A DNA stretch of 61,446 bases, from assembly GCA_040754215.1 (NCBI GenBank), contig JBFMDE010000002.1, positions 1 to 61,446 on the forward strand. The letters are read 5' to 3'. This document shows, piece after piece, positions 1 to 7,812 of this stretch. Under the pieces are notes generated by a model. It was not told the DNA's origin. It did not search any database and saw only the letters and a list, made by a program, of their open reading frames with translations. The position numbers were made by a program, and so were the translations under genes. Numbering within the stretch: position 1 is the first letter of the stretch; the number at the start of each line of letters is the position of its first letter. Source of the DNA: Chloroflexota bacterium. GTDB lineage: Bacteria > Chloroflexota > Dehalococcoidia > JACPPY01.

Positions 1-32
1 CCCTTGACGAGAGGGGGTCGGGGGTGACCTTG

Positions 33-1391
33 CTAGCCTGTCAAGAGGTGGTCCATGATCTTGTTCCTCAGGTCGTTTGAGGCTACAACACGGTAGTGGT
101 ATTCCATCTTCTCATCTTCGGAGAGGTTGCTCAACTTGATGGCCTTGTAGGCGTTGAATACCACCTCGCTCTGTTCCATCAGGCCGCGGTAAACGAGGTT
201 CACGTCCCACCATGGCCTCTTGCTGGCCCACCAGAACTGGTCGCTGTGCATTGCCCGGTCCAGGAGCGCTCTGGCGATGTCAGCATAACCCTTCGCCGGG
301 TCAGTGATGGCCGCCTCCTCTGCCTTTATGGTCATCTCAGTGGCTATTTTCATGTGTTGCCACTGTAACTGGTGGATGGGGTTGTCCCTGGATTTCCAGA
401 GGGGGTAGGGATTGTCAGCATAGATGTCCTCGAGGGACGTGCTCCAGGACGAAGGCCTTGGCTCTACGGGTTGACCGCTGGGTATGAGCCGCAGGAGCTT
501 GCTCAAGGTGACCACCCGTATATCAACCGTCTCGGCCAGCTCGACGGTACGCAGCATCTCGCCGTGTTCCTGTACCATGGTGCCAGGTCTGGGCGTGCTT
601 CTCGCACCGTTGCCCTCGCCCTGCAGGTCGCTTCGATAGACCCAGGGGTCCTCTGCGGGGGCCTCGGGGTTCAGCGCCTGGTAGACCTCCGAGAGGAACA
701 GCTCCTCCCAGTTCCGAATGTGGTGGCCAAAGGTCTCCGCGTCCATGGCCGTCACCACGTAGCTGTTCCTTCCTCTGCCGTTGTTGTGCACAAGGCTTCT
801 GATCTGGTCAATGAAGCCTCTGGCGTCGGTTTGCCTGAAGCTTATGCGGTTGCTCAGTATATCGTCGCGGAAAAATACGGCCAGTCCCTGGCCGTTGGAG
901 GATACCTGGTATATGACGTCGGTGGGCCAGGCCGTGGGGCAGGCGACCCCGGACAGGATCAGCCAGCGGTGCCCCGTGTCCATCACAGGCTTGAGGATGT
1001 TGCGGCCGTAGCACATCTCGGGCGGGAAGAATCCCTGAGGGGAGTAGACCTCGCCGAAGAACCTCCGGTTGGCCTGGTGGTTATGTACTATCTGCCGCAG
1101 CATCTCCTGCTGAGAGGTAAGAGGTAAGATGGCGTGGTATTTTGCCGAGCCGGTGAACTCCAGGCGTCCGGTCTCGGCAAGCCCCCTCAGCCCGGCAATC
1201 ACGTCGGACATCCCGTGTTCGGCCAGCATCTCGGTGAGCACCGCGTTGATATTCACGGTGACCTCGGCGTGGGAGCGTTGCTGGAGCACCTTCAACAGCG
1301 GCCGGTAGGACTCGTCGCACACCTTCCTCAACACCCAGTGGAGCTGGGTTGGTGGCTGATAGAAGTGCAGGAGCGGAGCCCAGTAGATCAT
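33..1391 (-). CDS. Glycoside hydrolase family 57 protein (alpha-glucan processing)
   Basis: 452-aa ORF. N-terminal APLLHFYQPP motif and length are typical of GH57 catalytic domains. Lies 27 nt downstream of the wHTH gene on the same strand. Confidence 0.75.
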   Translation of the reverse strand: MIYWAPLLHFYQPPTQLHWVLRKVCDESYRPLLKVLQQRSHAEVTVNINAVLTEMLAEHGMSDVIAGLRGLAETGRLEFTGSAKYHAILPLTSQQEMLRQIVHNHQANRRFFGEVYSPQGFFPPEMCYGRNILKPVMDTGHRWLILSGVACPTAWPTDVIYQVSSNGQGLAVFFRDDILSNRISFRQTDARGFIDQIRSLVHNNGRGRNSYVVTAMDAETFGHHIRNWEELFLSEVYQALNPEAPAEDPWVYRSDLQGEGNGARSTPRPGTMVQEHGEMLRTVELAETVDIRVVTLSKLLRLIPSGQPVEPRPSSWSTSLEDIYADNPYPLWKSRDNPIHQLQWQHMKIATEMTIKAEEAAITDPAKGYADIARALLDRAMHSDQFWWASKRPWWDVNLVYRGLMEQSEVVFNAYKAIKLSNLSEDEKMEYHYRVVASNDLRNKIMDHLLTG

Positions 1392-1418
1392 GTTATTCCC
1401 GGCTACCTCCAGAGCTGG

Positions 1419-1754
1419 TCATGCTGTTGTTCTCGCCCCTTCTTCTCCAGTCTGGGAAGCCTGTGACTGCCTGCGCCGACCTTTCCAGCCCAGTATCCTG
1501 AGGAAATCTCCGATGGCCGTGTCCTGATGTATTGTGTGACGCAATGGCAGGTCGGGATTGATGCGGTAGCGGATGCGCCGGCCCTCTCTCTTCTTCTTAA
1601 TGTATCCGGCGTCGTCGAGGTCGGCGATGATCTTGCGGGTAGCCCTCTCGGTGATCCCTATGGCCAGGGATACCTCACGGGCCGTGATCCGTGGGTGCCT
1701 GGCAAGGAAGCCCAGCACCAGGGCGTGATTGGTAAGAAAAGTCCACTCCGGCAT
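1419..1754 (-). CDS. Small winged-helix DNA-binding regulator (MarR/ArsR-like)
   Basis: 111 aa. LARHPRITAREVSLAIGITERATRKIIADLDDAGYI reads as a helix-turn-helix plus wing. Probable operon with the GH57 gene. Confidence 0.6.
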   Translation of the reverse strand: MPEWTFLTNHALVLGFLARHPRITAREVSLAIGITERATRKIIADLDDAGYIKKKREGRRIRYRINPDLPLRHTIHQDTAIGDFLRILGWKGRRRQSQASQTGEEGARTTA

Positions 1755-1801
1755 GGCACGTTACTCCTGAGAAAATCTCGGCACGGTTGCCGGAAAACCC
1801 C

Positions 1802-1830
1802 TTGACAATAGCAGAGAGTGGTGGTAAGGT
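1802..1830 (+). promoter_or_regulatory. Candidate sigma70-type promoter facing the KamA-like operon
   Basis: TTGACA (1802-1807), 17 nt spacer, TAAGGT (1825-1830). Perfect -35, weak -10. By eye only. Confidence 0.3.
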
Positions 1831-2186
1831 ATTCATGATGTCAAGTTCACTATACTGATGTCATGACTGAGAGTTCACAGTTGCCCCTTGTTTTATAGCA
1901 TAAGCGGAGGGGGGATTGCAACCCTCCGCTTGTTCATAGGAGGGACGAGCAGGAGCACAAGATGTCAGAACAGGGGGGGAGCCATCACAAGAGTCACAGG
2001 CCCGGCTCTCAGCGCTGGTGCAGGGAGGCCCCGCTGGCAGCGGAGGTTGTCCCCTCAAATATTCTCAGCCAGCCCCTTCAAGACCCTCTTGACTACTGGT
2101 TGTGTTAGTGGTATATCATTACACAACGGGATGTGTTTGTCAGGCACGGAGCTTGGGTGCAAAAGTAAAGGAGAAGTAAGCGGGAG

Positions 2187-3548
2187 ATGAGAGTGATAGC
2201 AGGAAGCAAAGGGCAAGGAGTTGGTGTGGTAGAAGAAGAGCCTCCCTCGGGGGCTGGGCTGGTGGTGAGAGAGGTAGAGGAAGAACCTCCGAGTACTGGC
2301 GCCACTTCCGTGAGGGGGAGGTGGTTTGGTGGGGTGAGTGATGTGGAGTGGTGTGACTGGAAGTGGCAATTTCGCAATCGGATCATGACGGTAGAAGGGC
2401 TAGCGAAGTACATACCTCTTAGTGTCAAGGAACAGACACGGCTGAAGCTGGTAACCTCCAAGTATCCCCTTTCGGTGACCCCCTATTATCTATCCCTCAT
2501 AGATGCATCTGACCCTGAGGACCCGATAAGGAAGCAGGCGGTACCCTCGTTTGCTGAGGTAGGGCTTTCTGGCGTAGGGCTGGAGGACCCGCTGGATGAG
2601 GAGAGAGAGTCGGTGGTACCGGGGCTGGTGCATCGGTATCCAGACCGGGTGTTGATGGTACTGACAGACATCTGTCCGGTATTGTGCCGGCACTGCACCC
2701 GGAAGAGAGAGTGGAGGAAGGGAAGGTGGATGAGGAACGAAGAAGAGGTAGAGACGATGCTGGCGTACATACGGGAGCATCGAGAGGTGAGGGATGCGAT
2801 CATCTCTGGCGGAGACCCGTTGACGCTGTCGACGAGGCGGTTGGAGGGGGTAATAAAGGGGTTGAGGGGGATAGGGCATGTGGAGGTGATACGGATAGGG
2901 ACCCGCTATCCGGTGGTGATGCCGCAGCGAGTGGATGACGAGCTATGCGGGATGCTCTCGAAGTACGGGCCGATATGGGTGAACACGCATTTCAATCACC
3001 CACGGGAGGTGACGGAGGAGGCTGCTGAGGCCTGTGAGCGGTTGTTGCGGGCGGGGGTGCCGGTGAACAATCAGTCTGTGCTGCTCCGTGGGGTAAACGA
3101 CAGTGTTGGGGTGATGAGGGAACTCTGTCACCGTTTGCTCAAGGCGAGGGTGAGGCCGTACTATCTGTTTCAGTGTGATGAGGTGAGGGGCACGGAACAT
3201 TTGAGGACGCCGGTAGAGGTGGGGATAAAGATAATAGAAGGAATGAGGGGGCACACTTCAGGGTTGGCGGTACCGGCGTTTGTGGTGGACCTGCCTCGTG
3301 GTGGTGGGAAGGTCTCGTTACAGCCGGAGTATGTGGTATCGTGGAGTGAGAGTGAGGTGGTGTTGAGGAACTATGAGGGACGGCTATTCCGCTACCGGAA
3401 TCCTCGTGGTGCCGGCGTGTCTAGGAACGGGCATCGCAATGGGAATGGGAATGGGAATGGGAATGGTATGGTAAGCCACAGGACTCAGGAGCATCGGGAA
3501 CCACAGCTTCACCTCAGACATGAAGATAGGGCTGGCGTACGACCTTAA
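2187..3548 (+). CDS. KamA-family radical SAM aminomutase (lysine 2,3-aminomutase-like)
   Basis: WCDWKWQFRNR N-terminal motif, CPVLCRHC (CxxxCxxC) cluster and GGGK PLP-lysine region. The start is uncertain: ATG 2187 has AAGGAG about 11 nt upstream, and in-frame GTG 2334 has GGAGGTG 10 nt upstream. Confidence 0.85.
   Translation: MRVIAGSKGQGVGVVEEEPPSGAGLVVREVEEEPPSTGATSVRGRWFGGVSDVEWCDWKWQFRNRIMTVEGLAKYIPLSVKEQTRLKLVTSKYPLSVTPYYLSLIDASDPEDPIRKQAVPSFAEVGLSGVGLEDPLDEERESVVPGLVHRYPDRVLMVLTDICPVLCRHCTRKREWRKGRWMRNEEEVETMLAYIREHREVRDAIISGGDPLTLSTRRLEGVIKGLRGIGHVEVIRIGTRYPVVMPQRVDDELCGMLSKYGPIWVNTHFNHPREVTEEAAEACERLLRAGVPVNNQSVLLRGVNDSVGVMRELCHRLLKARVRPYYLFQCDEVRGTEHLRTPVEVGIKIIEGMRGHTSGLAVPAFVVDLPRGGGKVSLQPEYVVSWSESEVVLRNYEGRLFRYRNPRGAGVSRNGHRNGNGNGNGNGMVSHRTQEHREPQLHLRHEDRAGVRP
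3438..3466 (+). repeat. Hexanucleotide microsatellite (AATGGG)x4 plus a partial unit, encoding an (NG)n run
   Basis: Direct reading: aatggg aatggg aatggg aatggg aatgg inside the 3' tail of the KamA-like ORF. Translated as NGNGNGNGNG. Confidence 0.9.
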
Positions 3549-4527
3549 GGGAGAGGTGCCCCTGGGCGAGGGCCAGCCCGACGATGCTCTGGAGGAGTAT
3601 GACTCACTGGAGACAGTGGATGGCTTGGCGATGGCCATTGAGGCCAGGGGTCATTCTGTGGTCAAGCTGGGGGGTGGCAAGGCCTTCCTCGTCAATATCC
3701 TGAAGGAAAGGGTAGACCTGGTATTCAATGTGGCCGAGGGCTGGGGGAGCTACCGCAGCAGAGAAGCCCAGGTGCCATCTGTCCTTGAGATGCTGGGGAT
3801 ACCGTATTCTGGGTCCGACCCCCAGTGTTTGACGGTGTGTCTGGATAAGTCCCTTACCAAGAAGCTGGTAAGTCTGACCGGTGTATGCACACCGCGTTGG
3901 GAGGTGGTGAGGAGTCTTGGGGACCTGCAAGAGATATGCTGGGACAGTTTTCCGTTCCCGGCCTTCGTGAAACCGGCATGTGAGGGGTCGAGCAAGGGCA
4001 TTCGCGCTGGCTCCCGTGTGGAGAACCGGGAGAGAATGGCCGATGTAGTTGGGGGGCTGTTGGATGTTTATCGGGAGTCGGTGATGGTTGAGGAGTTCAT
4101 CGCTGGTGACGAGGTCACGGTAGGGATTGTGGGCAACTCACCACCCAGGGTCCTGGGAATAATGCGTGTGCTGCCCAAGGGTTGTGCTGGCAACTTTGTC
4201 TATTCTCTGGAGGTTAAGCGGGATTGGGAGAACCTGGTCGAGTATGAGTGTCCTGCACAGCTCGAACCAGGAGTGCTGCGGAGAATCGTTGAATCGAGCC
4301 TGAAGGCCTTCGAAGCACTGGGGTGCAGGGACTTTGCGCGTTTGGACTTCAGGGTGAATGCTGAGGGCATTCCCTATTTTCTGGAGATAAACCCGCTGGC
4401 CGGGTTGAACCCGAGGAGCAGCGACCTGCCTATCATGGCACGTAAGCTGGGCTTGAGCTATGGGGACCTGGTCGCGGCCATACTTGATTCTGCCGTGGAG
4501 AGATATCCCGCATGCGCCCCAGGGTAG
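3520..4527 (+). CDS. ATP-grasp ligase, D-alanine--D-alanine ligase family (paralog 1)
   Basis: 335 aa. Ddl-family layout: N-terminal MKIGLAYDL start, central ATP-grasp and C-terminal EINPLAG motif. The start overlaps the KamA-like ORF by 29 nt. Confidence 0.8.
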   Translation: MKIGLAYDLKGEVPLGEGQPDDALEEYDSLETVDGLAMAIEARGHSVVKLGGGKAFLVNILKERVDLVFNVAEGWGSYRSREAQVPSVLEMLGIPYSGSDPQCLTVCLDKSLTKKLVSLTGVCTPRWEVVRSLGDLQEICWDSFPFPAFVKPACEGSSKGIRAGSRVENRERMADVVGGLLDVYRESVMVEEFIAGDEVTVGIVGNSPPRVLGIMRVLPKGCAGNFVYSLEVKRDWENLVEYECPAQLEPGVLRRIVESSLKAFEALGCRDFARLDFRVNAEGIPYFLEINPLAGLNPRSSDLPIMARKLGLSYGDLVAAILDSAVERYPACAPG

Positions 4528-5525
4528 CCACCATCTACAATCATCCAGAACCTGACCGCTATGGCGACATGGGCGAGGCCGAGGCGGTTCTTGGCATTAT
4601 GGAGACGGTGGAGGCAGTGGGTGGGGCATTGTCTGGCCTTGGCTACCCGGTGACACGAGTCCCATTGCAGCCACCGCTGGAGCACGCCCTGGGAGCGCTG
4701 AACTTCCTGAGCACTGATGTGGTCTTCAACCTCTTCGAGGGTTTCGACGGCCGTCCGGAGACGGAAGCCGTCGTGGCCGATGCCCTTTCGAGCCTGGGAT
4801 TGACCTTCACCGGCTGTCCCGGTAATGCACTGGCCCTGGCGCTGGACAAAGCTAGGGCCAAGTCACTGCTGAAGGCAGCAGGGATTAGTACACCCGCGTA
4901 CTGTGTCCTCAGCCCTGGAGCTATCTCCAGATTCAATCTGAACTATCCGTGTATCGTCAAGCCTCTGCGGGAAGACGCCAGCCATGGCCTCTCCGAAGAG
5001 AATGTGGTCCGCGACCAGGTCTCACTGGAGAGACAGGTGGCCAGGGTGAGCGAGTTCTTCGGTGGTGAGGCGCTGGTAGAGGAGTTCGTCGGGGGGCGGG
5101 AGTTTAACGTTACTGTGCTCGGTGACCGCGAGCTTTCTGTCCTCCCGGTCTCGGAGATAGTCTACTCGCTGCCGCCCGAGATGCCGCGCGTCCTCACTTT
5201 CGCTGCCAAGTGGGAACCAGGGAGCCTCTACTTTCGTCGTACCAAGCCCGTCTGCCCTGCGAGGATAGGTGCTGAAGAGAGGGAACGCATCGGCTCTATT
5301 GCCCGGGCGGCATTCACGCTGTTCGGTTGCCGTGGCTATGCCAGGATGGACATGAGGTTGGACCGGAATGGCGTGCTCAACGTCCTGGAGGTAAATCCCA
5401 ACCCGGACATATCGCCCGGGACCGGAGCGGCCCGACAGGCCGAGGCGTCCGGGCTGACCTATGCTCAATTTATGGAGAAGATACTGCTCCTAGCCTTGGA
5501 GAAAGATTTAGTTATGGCGGTATGA
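4512..5525 (+). CDS. ATP-grasp ligase, D-alanine--D-alanine ligase family (paralog 2)
   Basis: 337 aa, with the same architecture as the preceding ORF (EVNPNPD C-terminal motif). GGAGAG lies 9 nt upstream. Overlaps the upstream gene by 16 nt. Confidence 0.8.
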   Translation: MRPRVATIYNHPEPDRYGDMGEAEAVLGIMETVEAVGGALSGLGYPVTRVPLQPPLEHALGALNFLSTDVVFNLFEGFDGRPETEAVVADALSSLGLTFTGCPGNALALALDKARAKSLLKAAGISTPAYCVLSPGAISRFNLNYPCIVKPLREDASHGLSEENVVRDQVSLERQVARVSEFFGGEALVEEFVGGREFNVTVLGDRELSVLPVSEIVYSLPPEMPRVLTFAAKWEPGSLYFRRTKPVCPARIGAEERERIGSIARAAFTLFGCRGYARMDMRLDRNGVLNVLEVNPNPDISPGTGAARQAEASGLTYAQFMEKILLLALEKDLVMAV

Positions 5526-6001
5526 CAGTAGTGGTACGGGCTATGACGGCGGAGGACAAGCCAGCAGTGATGCGCATCCTGCGGGCTATACCTGAGTTTC
5601 TGTCCGTCGAGGTTGCGGTGGCCGAGGAGGTCATTGACTGCTATCTGGGTGACCCATCTGGGTCTGGTTACCTCGCGCTGGTAGCAGAGGCAGCCCTTGG
5701 GGTCGTGGGCTATGTTTGCTACGGCCCGACTCCATTGACCCAAGGCACCTGGGATATTTACTGGATTGCGGTGGCTCGAGAGCAGCAGGGGTATGGCATA
5801 GGGAAGAAGATGCTGGCGGTCGCTGAAGAAAGGATGAGCGAGGCTGACGCTCGGCTCCTCCTCGTCGAGACATCTTCGAAGCCGGAGTATGAGAAGACGT
5901 GGGGCTTCTACCGCTCTCAGGGCTACGAGGTTATCTGTCGTATCCCCGATTTCTATGCCCCGGGTGATGCCATGCTGGTCTTCCATAAGAGGCTGAGGTG
6001 A
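5522..6001 (+). CDS. GNAT-family N-acetyltransferase (159 aa)
   Basis: The internal ATG at 5522 forms an ATGA overlap with the stop of the preceding gene. QQGYGIGKKML acetyl-CoA-binding motif. The track ORF 5327..6001 extends upstream into the ATP-grasp gene in another frame. Confidence 0.8.
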   Translation: MTVVVRAMTAEDKPAVMRILRAIPEFLSVEVAVAEEVIDCYLGDPSGSGYLALVAEAALGVVGYVCYGPTPLTQGTWDIYWIAVAREQQGYGIGKKMLAVAEERMSEADARLLLVETSSKPEYEKTWGFYRSQGYEVICRIPDFYAPGDAMLVFHKRLR

Positions 6002-6041
6002 TCCCGGCATGGGGAACATGGGCCTAGTCTGGTGGGCCGGA

Positions 6042-7799
6042 TTATGCGCCTCTGACGTGGCCTTGCGGGTCAAGGTTTCGGAGTAACATCAGCTCCCTGG
6101 GAGTGGGTGGGGGGACGAGGGCGAGTGCGGGGGCGGCCCTCGGTTGCCAGCCACAGTTCTTCCTTATCCGTGCTAGGGCTGCTGTAGCATCGGCCTGTCC
6201 GTGGCCGGTGAAGTAGCGCACAAGCATGAACTCGGCGCCGCTGCCGTGCTTCTCGAAGATGCCCATGTCGGATACCAGGGTCTGTACCCTGACTCCCGGG
6301 GTGGTGATGTAAGGAAGGCGTTCCACGAAGCGTTCGGCGGACTGTGGTATGACCACCAGCACATCCGGGGCATTGGCGGCGTCGTTGGCGCCACCCGAGC
6401 CCACCAGCAGGGCACCCTCTGCGGTCAGGGAGGAGTTGAGGTTGCCGAACCTGTCCACCTGAGCTGCATTCAGGACTGTGAGGCACCTGCTGTTCCGTCC
6501 GCCCACGAACACGCCCTGACAGTCCACGATGTCAGTGACCATCTTGGAGGTGGCGAGGTTGGACATGCTGAGTGGCAGTGTGTCGCCGGGCCGTGGAGCA
6601 AAGCCGACGAACCCGGTCCCGGTCATGAGGTCTATGTCTATGCCCTTGTTTCGGAGTTGATAGTATGCCAGCCAGGAGACAAGGGACGGCAGCCCCAAGC
6701 CGCTGATTATCAAAGCGTACCCTCGCTCCATGACCAGCCTCTCGACCTCTCTGGCCGCTGCAACCAGCATCATCTCCGTGTCATTCCACCCCTCCTGGCG
6801 TGGTATCTGGGCCAGCGCGACTGAGCCCTGTGCCTGTCTTTGCAGTGCGGATATCCTCTCTGCTCCCAGTTTGCGAATGTAGTTTTCATGTGGACAGTCC
6901 AGGACCCACTCTCTTAACCAGGCATCCAGTGACCGGGGGTTGAGGCTCGCATTACGGCAGTCACGCAGGAATTCGAAGTCATGCTCATAGGCCCTGAGCC
7001 CCTCCACACCTACCCGGACCATGGCTTCAGGATGAGCCCCCATGCTTGCTTCGCATACTGCTGCCACCATGTGTCCAGGAATGGTCACCAGTGGTGCGTG
7101 TCTCCGTATGAAATCAGTGGATACCACCTTTTCTACGCTCACCACCGCACCGCCCTTGCTGGCCTTTGTGCCCCAGAGACAGTCACCACTCTCTATTGCT
7201 GGCGCGGTGATGGTGAAGCCATAGTGGTCGGCGGCCCAACCGTGTACTAGGGCGATGTCAGGATTCAATGCTTTCACCGCCCCCACCTCTATCCCGCTGC
7301 CGAAGGGGTCTTCTATCAGTGAGAAAGACCTCTGGTTCTCCTCAGCCATGCTGCTGCCCTGCAGGGAGCGGGTGGGCAAGAATGGCAGACCCAGTGCCCC
7401 GGCCATCAGCCTCTGTGTCAGGGAGAGAAGGCTCCAACTCTCGAGTTCTACCTTGCCCTTGCGATTGAGCTCCTGTATGACCGGGCTGGGCCCGGTGGTG
7501 GGGTAGTATCCGGCCCCATAGTATGCGGTGACTATCCTCTTGACCAGTCCGGCATGCAGCAAGTGGATGGCGGAGAGGGAGAGTGCTGGCATCACCAGAG
7601 TGAATTCCGGCTTGGTGCCATGAAACTGTCGCAGCAGGGCACGCAGAGCGGCGTTGGCACCACTGCCGATATACAGGACCATCCCGGGCTTCACTGTCTG
7701 CCTGATTGCCCTGTCCAGAGCGTTGACCTTGCTCCGCCCTTCGTGCTCCGGCAGCTGGAAGTCCTGTGTGCGCCAGGGCTTGGGCCTACGGCGTTCCAA
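6042..7799 (-). CDS. Family I CoA-transferase-like protein, fused GctA-like and GctB-like halves
   Basis: 585 aa. The N-half resembles the glutaconate CoA-transferase A subunit (GSGANA, PFLPTR, LVHGW). The C-half resembles the B subunit (AAQVDRFGNLNSS, GSGGANDAA). Confidence 0.7.
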   Translation of the reverse strand: MERRRPKPWRTQDFQLPEHEGRSKVNALDRAIRQTVKPGMVLYIGSGANAALRALLRQFHGTKPEFTLVMPALSLSAIHLLHAGLVKRIVTAYYGAGYYPTTGPSPVIQELNRKGKVELESWSLLSLTQRLMAGALGLPFLPTRSLQGSSMAEENQRSFSLIEDPFGSGIEVGAVKALNPDIALVHGWAADHYGFTITAPAIESGDCLWGTKASKGGAVVSVEKVVSTDFIRRHAPLVTIPGHMVAAVCEASMGAHPEAMVRVGVEGLRAYEHDFEFLRDCRNASLNPRSLDAWLREWVLDCPHENYIRKLGAERISALQRQAQGSVALAQIPRQEGWNDTEMMLVAAAREVERLVMERGYALIISGLGLPSLVSWLAYYQLRNKGIDIDLMTGTGFVGFAPRPGDTLPLSMSNLATSKMVTDIVDCQGVFVGGRNSRCLTVLNAAQVDRFGNLNSSLTAEGALLVGSGGANDAANAPDVLVVIPQSAERFVERLPYITTPGVRVQTLVSDMGIFEKHGSGAEFMLVRYFTGHGQADATAALARIRKNCGWQPRAAPALALVPPPTPRELMLLRNLDPQGHVRGA

Positions 7800-7812
7800 T
7801 CTGACCTCCGTA

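Noticed and set aside
1755-2186. Lysine riboswitch (L-box) upstream of the KamA-like gene
   Set aside because: I could not find the conserved L-box helices or core by eye. Only a single hairpin is evident. This is left as an open check rather than a call.
5327-5521. Upstream extension of the GNAT ORF, and similarly 54489..54599 for hisG and 60752..60835 for the HEPN gene
   Set aside because: The extensions lie inside the preceding genes in another frame. Internal starts give canonical ATGA or short overlaps and family-typical N-termini.
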